Source of the DNA: a virus
Taxonomy: Duplodnaviria; Caudoviricetes
Virus record (IMG/VR): IMGVR_UViG_3300021962_000022
Length of the DNA stretch: 64,000 nucleotides
Strand: one strand, 5' to 3'
In this document: positions 15,823 through 25,050 of the stretch, in pieces
Layout: every line of letters starts with the position of its first letter
Position numbering within the stretch: position 1 is the first letter of the stretch
Position numbers and translations under genes: made by a program
Notes under the pieces: model-generated
Database searches by the model: none
The model's input: the letters and a program-made list of their open reading frames with translations, nothing else
Told to the model about the DNA's origin: nothing

Positions 15823-16167
15823 TCAATTATATTTTTTTTCACTATACGTTATTGGTTCTTCACAATGTGGACATTCATTTAGTTGAAGTAAATTATTCTT
15901 ATGGAAACTCCATTGTTCTACCATATGTTTTTCTTCTTCTTTTAATTTGGTATATCCATCTACATTATCTATTTTACCATATATGTCATAGTAGTTATTT
16001 CTATATTTGGTTATTATATGATTTTTACGTTGGGATATATATGGTTTACTCCCGCGGAATAGTTTAGATAACAATATATGGAATTTATAACACCCACCTT
16101 CTGTGTATATGTGACGAATATATAAATCCGTATTCCTTAACTCATCAATGAATGTTTCAATGTTCAT
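15823..16167 (-). CDS. conserved hypothetical protein
   Basis: YTEGGCYKF...HIITK...YYDIYG motifs, C-terminal CPHC. Confidence 0.75.
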   Translation of the reverse strand: MNIETFIDELRNTDLYIRHIYTEGGCYKFHILLSKLFRGSKPYISQRKNHIITKYRNNYYDIYGKIDNVDGYTKLKEEEKHMVEQWSFHKNNLLQLNECPHCEEPITYSEKKYN

Positions 16168-16181
16168 TGTATTATCCTAAT

Positions 16182-16460
16182 TTATTCTTCTACCCTGAAT
16201 TTTTCTTCAACACCCATATCTTTAAATGAATCTGGATTTACAAACTCATTCTCCAAATGTTCTATTGTTTCTCTCATGGCTTTCCCCTGATTTTTGGATG
16301 CTCTGATTGATAATGATAATGCACCACATAGAAAACTACGGATTTGTTCTATATCCAATATCCTTGAAACACCCTCTGAAGGTTGACCGATATCAATGTG
16401 GATTCTTTTGTCTTCTTTTATTGTTCCACTGATGATTATTTTAAATGTTTCGTTTTCCAT
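16182..16460 (-). CDS. hypothetical protein
   Basis: co-oriented ORF. Confidence 0.7.
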   Translation of the reverse strand: MENETFKIIISGTIKEDKRIHIDIGQPSEGVSRILDIEQIRSFLCGALSLSIRASKNQGKAMRETIEHLENEFVNPDSFKDMGVEEKFRVEE

Positions 16461-16485
16461 TTATCTATATAGTATTTTCTTATCT

Positions 16486-16740
16486 TCATTCGTAAACTTT
16501 ATCATATGCGGTATCCCACTCTTTATTGTAGGCATCCTTTTGTTCTTCCGTTAACTGGTCCAAGAGATTATTTTCAAACCACCTATTCATTACATAAGCA
16601 AATTTCAAATCTCTTAAGTAAGATTTACAGTAATCACCATCGGGATGTTGGTAACACACCATGGGTGAACAACAACCTTCCACACCACATGAATCACATA
16701 TGGAACAATAGGGTGAGTTATCTTTTGATTTGTCTGTCAT
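16486..16740 (-). CDS. Cys-rich hypothetical protein
   Basis: YCSICDSCGVEGCCSP motif. Confidence 0.7.
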   Translation of the reverse strand: MTDKSKDNSPYCSICDSCGVEGCCSPMVCYQHPDGDYCKSYLRDLKFAYVMNRWFENNLLDQLTEEQKDAYNKEWDTAYDKVYE

Positions 16741-16845
16741 CTTTGTAATATTGTTACCACGTGAGCACTACCCAACACAATTAATGTTAGATATAATGCA
16801 ACCAAAATAAATCTAATTATTGTCTTGAGTATTTCCATTTCTTAT

Positions 16846-17202
16846 TTAACCATTCTCAATTACATCGGACTTTAAATTTAACCAGTTAGTATCTTTATCC
16901 ATAATCACCACATCCGCACCTTTTGAAAGTCCTAACTCAATCATAGAATCAAAAACACTCCAACAGTATGTGGTTGCAATACCATAATGTTTTTTACTAC
17001 ATTTGTAACAACTACCTGAGAATCCGTTGAAGTAGAAATAATCGTCATCTTCTTCAACGTCTTTAATTCCACTGTTTAGTCTCCAATAATCACCGCTGAG
17101 ATATCCACCTCGCCAACTACCAAATACTTTATATGTGGTTATACCCGCGGTAACAATCTTCATTACCACCCAATTTTCTGGTGTTTCACTTATGTTCCTC
17201 AT
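16846..17202 (-). CDS. conserved phage hypothetical protein
   Basis: WVV.KI...YKVFGSW.GGYL.GD.WRLNSGI motif. Confidence 0.8.
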   Translation of the reverse strand: MRNISETPENWVVMKIVTAGITTYKVFGSWRGGYLSGDYWRLNSGIKDVEEDDDYFYFNGFSGSCYKCSKKHYGIATTYCWSVFDSMIELGLSKGADVVIMDKDTNWLNLKSDVIENG

Positions 17203-17569
17203 TTAAAGATTCATTTACTTTTTCAAAATACTCAGCCAAAGGATTCCTATTATACACCACTTTATGTTTTTCATTACTCACCAAATTATATAACCTTTGA
17301 ATGGTTAGTCTTGAGGGTCGGACATCAATATCACGGGCATATGAATGTGGTGTGGCAAATGAGTATGGATAATTTGCAACCCACACCAAATTTCCATCAA
17401 AACTAACAGTGTGAATTGCACCATCAATGGAATTACGAGGACCAAATTCAACTGGATATTTATCCATCAATTGGTTTAGTTTTTTATCCCATTCCTCATT
17501 GTATGGATTATTCATCATCCAATAATGTGGTTTAAAAATGAATTGTAGATTTCGAATAAAGTTCATCAT
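17186..17569 (-). CDS. hypothetical protein
   Basis: ATGA overlap with the upstream gene supports a start at 17569. Confidence 0.7.
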   Translation of the reverse strand: MMNFIRNLQFIFKPHYWMMNNPYNEEWDKKLNQLMDKYPVEFGPRNSIDGAIHTVSFDGNLVWVANYPYSFATPHSYARDIDVRPSRLTIQRLYNLVSNEKHKVVYNRNPLAEYFEKVNESLNEEHK

Positions 17570-17901
17570 AAAACCTCCGTTAATATTCTCCATTCTTTTA
17601 ACATGTTACCATCGAATATCGCTTCAATGGGAACACCCTTTAGTTTATCCACACTATTAACTTTCGCTTGTTTTAAAAGTTTAGAAACAAAACGAACCGA
17701 CTCACCAATGTTATTGGTTCTATCTTCTTCTGTCCATTTAGAATGTTCGGAACATTTAATCATCTCAGGGTCCCATGTCCCCTTGAAATCACCAACACCC
17801 CAACCACCGTCACCTAATGTAACTGATAAACCAATACACGTGTCTTGGTATCCACCGTGTCCGAATCTTACTGATTCAATTTTTCCTAATCTCTTTTCCA
17901 T
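17566..17901 (-). CDS. conserved phage hypothetical protein
   Basis: GKIESV.FG.GGYQD...GLSVTL...LLKQAKV motifs; ATG at 17901. Confidence 0.75.
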   Translation of the reverse strand: MEKRLGKIESVRFGHGGYQDTCIGLSVTLGDGGWGVGDFKGTWDPEMIKCSEHSKWTEEDRTNNIGESVRFVSKLLKQAKVNSVDKLKGVPIEAIFDGNMLKEWRILTEVL

Positions 17902-17905
17902 AATT

Positions 17906-18127
17906 TTATCCGGTACTATGTCCACATTTATGTTTATGTTCAACATACCACATCATTCTAAATGTACCCAACACAAAGAAATATGTGTCGAATCCATTTA
18001 TATCATCCGTGGATTTACATATACCATTATGGTATGCCGGTACTTTGGTTTGTATCGTCTTTGCACTCTTACGGAACTTGTGGAAAGCCACGGAATGTCT
18101 TTTTGTTAATTTGAAGGACTTGTACAT
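17906..18127 (-). CDS. hypothetical protein
   Basis: co-oriented ORF. Confidence 0.6.
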   Translation of the reverse strand: MYKSFKLTKRHSVAFHKFRKSAKTIQTKVPAYHNGICKSTDDINGFDTYFFVLGTFRMMWYVEHKHKCGHSTG

Positions 18128-18300
18128 ATCTTAATATCGTAAATTTTTGATTCATGAGCACTGATTTGTTCAACTATATTACCCATAATTAAAATATACA
18201 TTTTTTCTCCCGGTATTCCAAACCGTATTCTTCAAATTTTACGTTTTTGTAAATTCTTGTAATGTGGTTTGTGAAAATTATCATGGTCGTGTTTTTTTTA

Positions 18301-18543
18301 TCATTTGTTTTTACTTTTTCTCCATCCCCAAGGTTCAGGAGATTTACTGGCAAGTGACGCAACATCAACATCTAATGTTTTATCATAAACGGCCACATAA
18401 GAGTTCCCTCTTTGTGTGTCCAAAATTCTATCAACCTCTTTTTCAGTATAGAGTGGTTCTAATTGAACCTCGTCGTGTTTCCAAGATTTCCACACATCAA
18501 AATCTTTCAAGTCTTCAAGGGTAATTGTTTGTTTGTTTTCCAT
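18301..18543 (-). CDS. hypothetical protein
   Basis: co-oriented ORF. Confidence 0.7.
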   Translation of the reverse strand: MENKQTITLEDLKDFDVWKSWKHDEVQLEPLYTEKEVDRILDTQRGNSYVAVYDKTLDVDVASLASKSPEPWGWRKSKNK

Positions 18544-18553
18544 AAATTATTAT

Positions 18554-18946
18554 TTAATGTGTATGTAATAAATCTTGATATACCTTTGAATCAAGTAGAG
18601 ATTTTTTCAATGCGCGATGTTCACTATTACAAACAACAAATCCAAGTTCAGTTCTGTAAATCCTTAGATACTTCAAATCCCAACCCTCTCTATAATCTTC
18701 CAATGAAAAGTATCTCCACTCAGCTTCACCACCTGATTCGGTAAAGTACCTCTCAAGAAGTGTGACCAATTCATCTTTGGTGAAAAAGAAATGTGGGTAA
18801 TTCTTTATAGTTTCCCAATCAGAATGATTCGCGTGGTCCATGAAATATCCACAGTGGAAATCTCTGGTATCAACATTGAATCTGTTGTTTTTTGGACATA
18901 ACCAATCTATGTCCCTGAAAAATACCCATTGGTCTTGTGGTTCCAT
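18554..18946 (-). CDS. hypothetical protein
   Basis: co-oriented ORF. Confidence 0.75.
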   Translation of the reverse strand: MEPQDQWVFFRDIDWLCPKNNRFNVDTRDFHCGYFMDHANHSDWETIKNYPHFFFTKDELVTLLERYFTESGGEAEWRYFSLEDYREGWDLKYLRIYRTELGFVVCNSEHRALKKSLLDSKVYQDLLHTH

Positions 18947-18948
18947 GA

Positions 18949-19140
18949 TTATCGATTATCTTCAAATTCTTTTACAATTGAGAAGTTAATTGGGAAGTAA
19001 CTCTCAGTACCATCTTCTTCTATCAACAAATAAAAATTTGTACCCACATCAAATCGGACCACATCATATATGGTGTATTCAGCCCATATTTGGGTGGTTG
19101 CTGATTGTAATAATACTTTTACGTTAAAATGTTTATTCAT
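18949..19140 (-). CDS. hypothetical protein
   Basis: start at MNKHF overlaps the upstream stop. Confidence 0.65.
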   Translation of the reverse strand: MNKHFNVKVLLQSATTQIWAEYTIYDVVRFDVGTNFYLLIEEDGTESYFPINFSIVKEFEDNR

Positions 19141-19348
19141 CTTCGTCTGTAAATTGTTTAATATATTCCTCAATGAAATTCTCCATGATACCATCCGTTG
19201 ATTTGGGAATCTCTATCGGTTCATTATTCAATTTGGATTCATAGTAATTGATGATACCTCTTACCGTAACACCGGATTTTACCTGACCATCCAATAAGTT
19301 GGTGAACTTGTTTACTGTATCCTTTAATGCCTTCTCTTTCGGTGTCAT
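19133..19348 (-). CDS. hypothetical protein
   Basis: MTPKEKA start; co-oriented. Confidence 0.7.
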   Translation of the reverse strand: MTPKEKALKDTVNKFTNLLDGQVKSGVTVRGIINYYESKLNNEPIEIPKSTDGIMENFIEEYIKQFTDEDE

Positions 19349-19351
19349 TTT

Positions 19352-19615
19352 TTATACCCTTTCGAATTCACTTTTTAATTTTTCTATTTCGTCCGATACA
19401 ATCACCATTTCTCTCTCAATCATTTCTCTGATATTATCAGTGTTGTTAAGCACAACTGTATCTCGTCTACTAATCCCAAAAACAAGGAATTCGACCGAAG
19501 CACTACAATTGCAAGATTTTTTTGCGGAAGACAACTTATTATGTTTTCTCTCCAACGAATCAATCTTTTCTTTGAGTTCTTTCGCTTTATTGAATCTTCC
19601 TAAATCCATGGTCAA
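19352..19615 (-). CDS. hypothetical coiled-coil protein
   Basis: co-oriented ORF. Confidence 0.65.
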   Translation of the reverse strand: MTMDLGRFNKAKELKEKIDSLERKHNKLSSAKKSCNCSASVEFLVFGISRRDTVVLNNTDNIREMIEREMVIVSDEIEKLKSEFERV

Positions 19616-19685
19616 TTACAAATATTGAAACAATAAGTAACCCACGGCAATACCCGCAAGAACATGTAAGATTCTATCGTATACC

Positions 19686-19967
19686 CTATTTTCCATTGTC
19701 TAAATTTTGAATATCTTTCATAATATTGGTCACTTCTTCGGATTCCAAATATCCCATTACGTCATTGGTAATCGGTGTTTCATATGTCAATTCACCATTG
19801 GAATCCAACACCGCCAATTCATATTTACCATCTTTCCCACCATATGAAAAAGTATGGGAAACCACTGAAACACCGAATCCGTTATCGAACATCATTCGGG
19901 ATTTCTTACCCACCATGAACGGAGCTTCATTGATTTCTTCGAAATCTAAATCCTCAAATTTTTTCAT
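19686..19967 (-). CDS. conserved phage hypothetical protein
   Basis: FDNGFGVSVV....SYGG..G.YELAVL...TPITNDVMGYL motif. Confidence 0.8.
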   Translation of the reverse strand: MKKFEDLDFEEINEAPFMVGKKSRMMFDNGFGVSVVSHTFSYGGKDGKYELAVLDSNGELTYETPITNDVMGYLESEEVTNIMKDIQNLDNGK

Positions 19968-19992
19968 TCTTTTTAATTTAAAGTTACAATTA

Positions 19993-20023
19993 CAAATGTA
20001 ATTTATATTTTGGAATATCCAAA
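19993..20023 (-). promoter_or_regulatory. Bacteroidota-type promoter
   Basis: minus strand TTTG-N19-TACATTTG. Confidence 0.85.
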
Positions 20024-20029
20024 AAAATT

Positions 20030-20872
20030 TTAAACTTTTTCTTCCGTTAACCTTTTTATAACATCTTTCATTCGTGTTATCATATCCACACTAACAGGGA
20101 TTGATAAAAGAGAAAGTAAAAAGTTATTGATATACGAATACATGGCAATGGCTTGACCTTGGGTTAGATTTACATTACCACCGGTAAAGACAATCAACGC
20201 GATAATCAGAAACAAAGTTTTAACCGTGTTGAGTGTGGTCCAATTCTTTCCTTGTAATGTGGATGCAATAATCCAAATACTTCTTCGTCTATTAAAAAAA
20301 GAAACAATATCTTCTCTACTGTCCGAGTTTAATACGTCCATTTTCTTTTCGTGTTGGGTGTGACTAACTCTTGTGGACTGAGCAATCTTTCTATAGAATT
20401 TCCATACAACGAAACAGATTACTGGTACACAACCAAGGACGATAAATCCTGTGGGAACATGTGTAAAGAATATAAAGAAAAGTGTACCGAACAATGTGAG
20501 AATAGACATTATATAATAATGTATATGATGTTCCAAGAAGTCTACAATGTTGTGGGCCAAATCGGTTCTACCCATTCTAGTTGATTTGTCCGCACTATCC
20601 GAATTGTCCAAATAGTTGAATACAATGTCATTGTATATTTGGGTGTATATCTTGGTATCGAATACCATCCTTTTATAAATAAAAAAATTGGATAGGAGTT
20701 CTATAAATAAGAATCCACCAATCCAATAGTATTCATGTTTTAATAAACCATCAATTGATTTACCTAACACAAATGGTTCAACCAAAAAAATGATTTGAGC
20801 AATGAATATGTAGAAGTAAATTAATAATAATGACTTCTTATATTTTTCAATGATTTTATAAATGTACTTCAC
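20030..20872 (-). CDS. stand-alone ABC transporter transmembrane domain protein
   Basis: about six hydrophobic helices, EPFVLGKSIDGLL pattern, no Walker motifs. Confidence 0.65.
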   Translation of the reverse strand: MKYIYKIIEKYKKSLLLIYFYIFIAQIIFLVEPFVLGKSIDGLLKHEYYWIGGFLFIELLSNFFIYKRMVFDTKIYTQIYNDIVFNYLDNSDSADKSTRMGRTDLAHNIVDFLEHHIHYYIMSILTLFGTLFFIFFTHVPTGFIVLGCVPVICFVVWKFYRKIAQSTRVSHTQHEKKMDVLNSDSREDIVSFFNRRRSIWIIASTLQGKNWTTLNTVKTLFLIIALIVFTGGNVNLTQGQAIAMYSYINNFLLSLLSIPVSVDMITRMKDVIKRLTEEKV

Positions 20873-21604
20873 CTATTTTTCTAATGTTGGTTTTAACCAA
20901 AGAATATTTTTTTTGAATATATAGTTTCTCAATTTTGGGTAGTCATTGAGAACCCTCAAAGTTTTAATTGTATCGTGTTTAAAACATTTTAGTAACTCCT
21001 CTCTAATCCTCTCTACGGAAACTACTTTCATTTTTTTGTTGTAATCATAATCTTGAATTACTAAATCCATGAACGCACCAATTGTAAATCCTTTGGTGAT
21101 AGAGAATCTGATGGCTCTTAGAATACGAAGCGGGTCATCGTTAAATGTTTCATTAACATTTAATGGTGTTACCAACATACCCCTCTTTAAATGTTCCAAC
21201 CCATTAAAGAAATCGATTATCTTACCATTTTCATCTTTTGCCAATGCGTTGAGTGTAAAGTCTCTCCTTTCTAAGTCATCGAACAAAGTACCGGGTTTGA
21301 TAATTGGTTGTCTTGTGCCGGGAATATATCCAACTTCTTTTCTCGCCATGACGAAATCGGCAACACCTTCGTACTTGTGTTCTTTTGGGAACTTTGCTCG
21401 AATTGTGAAACAATCAGGGGTAACTAAAAAGATTTCAAAGCCCTCAAGTTTAAGAAATTCTTCAAGAACGTCAAACATTGAATGTGCAGAACTAACATCT
21501 CTTAGTAATTCATCAGATGGTACCGCAACATAATCCACATCCTTAGATTCTAATTCTAAGATTTCATCTCTCACTTTTCCTCCAACTTCGTAAAACTTAA
21601 ACAT
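20873..21604 (-). CDS. cca: class II tRNA nucleotidyltransferase (CCA-adding / poly(A) polymerase family)
   Basis: VGGxVRD, DVDY, DLERRDFTLNALA, DDPLRILRAIRF and ERIREEL motifs. Confidence 0.9.
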   Translation of the reverse strand: MFKFYEVGGKVRDEILELESKDVDYVAVPSDELLRDVSSAHSMFDVLEEFLKLEGFEIFLVTPDCFTIRAKFPKEHKYEGVADFVMARKEVGYIPGTRQPIIKPGTLFDDLERRDFTLNALAKDENGKIIDFFNGLEHLKRGMLVTPLNVNETFNDDPLRILRAIRFSITKGFTIGAFMDLVIQDYDYNKKMKVVSVERIREELLKCFKHDTIKTLRVLNDYPKLRNYIFKKNILWLKPTLEK

Positions 21605-22223
21605 GTTCTATATCTTGATGTAAACAATCGGGTAAATAAAGTAGGGTTGGGTTCTTCTTTTGAATATCAGGAACATCTCCCTGTAAAGACATAATCTTAT
21701 TGAACTCCATCACGTCAAATCGTTTAGTGATGAAGTGATACCCACTTTTAGTTGGTATAACGGATTCAATTTTGGCACCTTCGGGACGTAACCTATCAAT
21801 CAAACGAGCAATTCTATGTACCGCCTCTTCGTCCTTGGTATCTATATCAACAATCCAACGTTTTTCCAAAGTCTTGAGTTGACCAACAACTGAATCAAAT
21901 AAGTGTTGTTGTCTGTGTTGTCCATTACGAATTTTGTTTGCCAGTGCAACCATCATCTCCAAAGACACATCATGGTGATTTTGTTTTTGAATATGAATGT
22001 ATGCTCGAGACTTAAACATGTCACATAGTTGTTTGATTTCCTCGTATCTCTTTTCAAGATATTCAATACTCTCAACACAATATGTTTTGATTGTACGAAC
22101 CGACTGATGATTTGCCTTATCAGTGATTTGGTCTTTTTTCCTTTTGAAAACGTAGAGCATGTAAAAGTCACCCTCATTTTCGAAGTTCAGAAGTGGTTTA
22201 ATTAATTCGAAGTTATCAATCAT
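21597..22223 (-). CDS. conserved phage protein, possible AEP/PrimPol-like fold
   Basis: WIVDID and PTKSGYHFI resemble AEP motifs I and II. Confidence 0.5.
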   Translation of the reverse strand: MIDNFELIKPLLNFENEGDFYMLYVFKRKKDQITDKANHQSVRTIKTYCVESIEYLEKRYEEIKQLCDMFKSRAYIHIQKQNHHDVSLEMMVALANKIRNGQHRQQHLFDSVVGQLKTLEKRWIVDIDTKDEEAVHRIARLIDRLRPEGAKIESVIPTKSGYHFITKRFDVMEFNKIMSLQGDVPDIQKKNPTLLYLPDCLHQDIEHV

Positions 22224-22483
22224 TCTACAAGGATTGCTTCGTGAAAAGAAATACCTTCTTCGTCTTGCCTTGTAACAATACGAGCATTGACTCTAACACC
22301 TGACGAGTAAAAATCAGTCATGTGTTTTGATTTTGGTAAAGATTCTTCGGACACCGGTATATCGGTGTACTCGTCGTCGAACATTAAAATGTAACGAAAG
22401 AACCAACGGTTCTGAAATTTGTAAATAGTTCCTGTGCACATGGTGTCGTTTTCTGTGTAACCTGATGATTTAAATATTTTCAT
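22220..22483 (-). CDS. hypothetical protein
   Basis: ATGA overlap with the next gene. Confidence 0.7.
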   Translation of the reverse strand: MKIFKSSGYTENDTMCTGTIYKFQNRWFFRYILMFDDEYTDIPVSEESLPKSKHMTDFYSSGVRVNARIVTRQDEEGISFHEAILVE

Positions 22484-22484
22484 T

Positions 22485-22610
22485 TTATGCTAATCCTACT
22501 AATCTAAGTATCAGTATTATGATAAGAATTATTATAATTCCTGATACGGACCAAAAAATCATTTTTTCACTAAATTCAATTTGGTCCTTTCTTCTACCTT
22601 GATTTTCCAT
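22485..22610 (-). CDS. small membrane peptide (41 aa)
   Basis: translated by hand: MENQGRRKDQIEFSEKMIFWSVSGIIIILIIILILRLVGLA. Confidence 0.6.
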   Translation of the reverse strand: MENQGRRKDQIEFSEKMIFWSVSGIIIILIIILILRLVGLA

Positions 22611-22621
22611 TACTATAAGTT

Positions 22622-22777
22622 TTAAGTTGTTTCAATTTCCCAACAACCCACCGTAAAATATTGGTTTCTACCAATTGGTGATAACTCATAGTACTTACCT
22701 CGAGCAATGGATGCGTTTGTAATTAAACAATCCATTCCTTTGTATTTGACTTTTTGACCAACATTAAATAAGTTCAT
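22622..22777 (-). CDS. small hypothetical protein (51 aa)
   Basis: translated by hand: MNLFNVGQKVKYKG...; promoter at 22798-22828. Confidence 0.6.
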   Translation of the reverse strand: MNLFNVGQKVKYKGMDCLITNASIARGKYYELSPIGRNQYFTVGCWEIETT

Positions 22778-22797
22778 GGTATTAAATTATTCTGACT

Positions 22798-22828
22798 CAA
22801 ATATAATAATATTTTCAATAAATCCAAA
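22798..22828 (-). promoter_or_regulatory. Bacteroidota-type promoter
   Basis: minus strand TTTG-N19-TATATTTG. Confidence 0.8.
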
Positions 22829-22834
22829 AAAATC

Positions 22835-23020
22835 ATAAAAAAATACCCTAATTTATCCAACTTTCAGGTATTGTGGCTGTCCCCTTTCGGGTTAGGAATA
22901 AACTTTTTGACTCTCCTTCCTGAGGGATGTTACCGTCTCGGCAGTCAACCGGGAGATTCTGCGTATACTAATCTCCAACTCTTCCATACGGACATCACTC
23001 CGTTTCTCATCGTGTTGGAC
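22835..23020 (-). ncRNA. candidate structured RNA
   Basis: about 185 nt, locally GC-rich, no plausible ORF on the transcribed strand, several hairpins including CCC-GAAA-GGG, ends in a terminator-like stem. Confidence 0.45.
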
Positions 23021-23023
23021 ACA

Positions 23024-23143
23024 CTATCCGTTGTCTGTTTCGGAACGTTTCTTTAGATATTCTTTCTTTGTTTTGTATTCGCCCGCTTTGTAACCGGCAA
23101 TAAACCATAAACCAAATCCTATGTATGTTAGTAGAATCACCAT
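23024..23143 (-). CDS. small membrane peptide (39 aa)
   Basis: MVILLTYIGFGLWFIAGYKAGEYKTKKEYLKKRSETDNG, directly after the promoter at 23161-23191. Confidence 0.6.
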   Translation of the reverse strand: MVILLTYIGFGLWFIAGYKAGEYKTKKEYLKKRSETDNG

Positions 23144-23160
23144 AAATTTCTATTTGGTTA

Positions 23161-23191
23161 CAAATATAATGTATATTTTGGAATATCCAAA
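23161..23191 (-). promoter_or_regulatory. Bacteroidota-type promoter
   Basis: minus strand TTTG-N19-TATATTTG. Confidence 0.85.
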
Positions 23192-23197
23192 AATATT

Positions 23198-23539
23198 TTA
23201 GTTATTTAAATCTAAAATATATGCAATCAATCTCATTGGTGTGTCCATTGGTACATTAAAATTATTTAAAATTCCATATTCTTCTCTCGTTTCTATGGAT
23301 ATCGCTTTATACAAGAATAATACAAGGTTGGGATTACTAACTATTCTATTAATTGAATCAACAGTAATAACACGACATTGAAATGTGTTTTCGTTAACCC
23401 TATACTCATTATTGAAGTGATGAGATGAACAAATTCTTATTGAGGGTTGTGGAACCCAATGTAGTCCACTGTTTATATTAAAACGTGGAGGTGGTGGAAT
23501 GGTGTAACCTTTAAGTAATTTGTATTCACCTAATGACAT
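23198..23539 (-). CDS. hypothetical protein
   Basis: co-oriented ORF. Confidence 0.65.
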   Translation of the reverse strand: MSLGEYKLLKGYTIPPPPRFNINSGLHWVPQPSIRICSSHHFNNEYRVNENTFQCRVITVDSINRIVSNPNLVLFLYKAISIETREEYGILNNFNVPMDTPMRLIAYILDLNN

Positions 23540-23540
23540 T

Positions 23541-23738
23541 CTATTGGTCTTTCACACTGTTTATATAATCTTGGTAACCCTTACACATATTGTTAGGTGA
23601 AACATCCCAAATATTTTTATGTATCATGTGACAAGCGTGAGGTCTTTCCATTCTCTTGGAGAAACGGGTTACAACATCGTTGTTTTTACTTTTAACAACC
23701 CAAGGACATTCTTTACACGTTGAGTTATTCTTCTTCAA
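23541..23738 (-). CDS. small Cys/His protein
   Basis: CKECPW...CHM...CKG metal-binding pattern. Confidence 0.7.
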   Translation of the reverse strand: MKKNNSTCKECPWVVKSKNNDVVTRFSKRMERPHACHMIHKNIWDVSPNNMCKGYQDYINSVKDQ

Positions 23739-24309
23739 ATCTGAAAATGTTCATTTGAGATGCTTTACCCCAATTGTCTAAAAAATCTGATGGTTCTAAT
23801 TCCGTACCCTTATAGAATATTCTATCGATGTAATCCCAATCACCATCGGGAAAGTCCACAGAACCGTGGCAATATGTGAAGTCCTCAACAGTTGGTACCG
23901 ATTCGGATTCAATCTCGAATTCAAATATACCACCTTTATTTTCATCAACGGTTAAGAATATGTTTTCATCTTTCTCAATCGGATAACCACGATGTGAAAC
24001 ATAATCGTCCCAATCCTCATTTATTGAGGATATGGTTTTAATATCTCCAATACCAAAAGACAAAACAGGATTACCATTTTCATCTTCCAACTCAAAAATC
24101 ATGGTGTCGTTGTCCAACGCCTTATTAATATGGAACAAATCACCATCATAGATGTCTATGTCGAGACTTTCTAAATCAAATCTGGTTTCCCATAGTTCGT
24201 CGTAACCGTTTTCTTCTTTAATGAGTTCAATCTGTTCGACTTGTTCGTTGGTGAGTTTCTTACCGATAAACTCGGCACTCCACCCATAGGTTTTTAGTAT
24301 ATATTTCAT
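23725..24309 (-). CDS. acidic hypothetical protein
   Basis: co-oriented ORF; ENKGGIF motif. Confidence 0.75.
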   Translation of the reverse strand: MKYILKTYGWSAEFIGKKLTNEQVEQIELIKEENGYDELWETRFDLESLDIDIYDGDLFHINKALDNDTMIFELEDENGNPVLSFGIGDIKTISSINEDWDDYVSHRGYPIEKDENIFLTVDENKGGIFEFEIESESVPTVEDFTYCHGSVDFPDGDWDYIDRIFYKGTELEPSDFLDNWGKASQMNIFRFEEE

Positions 24310-24602
24310 TTGATTAGTTTTCGTGAAGGAATTGAGTAATCATCATAGTGACGATGAGATAAAATATCTAACATATGTGGATATTTTTCCTTGAATATGT
24401 CTTGCCTTTCAATAACCGTTAATTGAATGGTGCATTCATCCCCAAACATCAAGTATAGTTCATCATCATCAATTAATTTTTGAGCGAAAGAACTTAAGTT
24501 TTTAATTTTTGTTTCTCTTATGTACTCTCGGTTTATACCTAAATTATCAAACCATTTTAGATACTCATTGTAAGCATCTCGGATTTTTTTATGTACCACC
24601 AT
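24306..24602 (-). CDS. hypothetical protein
   Basis: ATGA overlap. Confidence 0.7.
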   Translation of the reverse strand: MVVHKKIRDAYNEYLKWFDNLGINREYIRETKIKNLSSFAQKLIDDDELYLMFGDECTIQLTVIERQDIFKEKYPHMLDILSHRHYDDYSIPSRKLIK

Positions 24603-24619
24603 ACAAAGTTAATTTAAAA

Positions 24620-24925
24620 TTATTGAACTTGTCTACCTAAAAATCTTTTTGTCATCTCCACACGAGCATCACCATTCTCCTTGTCAAAAATCATGGGATT
24701 TACAAAATCACCACCTCTACTTTTTAATCGATAATAGACATTGGTTTCTTCATGTTTATAAAACAAGTTGTCTGTTAAGTATTTCTCAATATCCAACATC
24801 TCCTTAGCACTACAACCATTTGAAATCATAATAATCAACATCCTATCACAGAATGCCATTGATATTAGATTCCACTTGTAGTGTGGTTGTAAGTATTCGT
24901 GGACCTGTATATTGGTGTGGGTCAT
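24620..24925 (-). CDS. hypothetical protein
   Basis: co-oriented ORF. Confidence 0.65.
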   Translation of the reverse strand: MTHTNIQVHEYLQPHYKWNLISMAFCDRMLIIMISNGCSAKEMLDIEKYLTDNLFYKHEETNVYYRLKSRGGDFVNPMIFDKENGDARVEMTKRFLGRQVQ

Positions 24926-25050
24926 GGTTTTTTATTTCTTGTAATGTTTTCGTTGATTGCATACAATAGTATACAAACAATAGTGAGTAAAAATGTAATC
25001 ATGAGACAATAATAAAAAGAATATTTTACATTTCAAAATTTTTTTTGAAA

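Noticed and set aside
22835-23020. Known riboswitch or hammerhead ribozyme
   Set aside because: CCC-GAAA-GGGGAC superficially recalls c-di-GMP-I, but the GCAAA/GGC elements are missing, and there is no CUGAUGA/GAAA hammerhead core; kept only as an unclassified RNA candidate.
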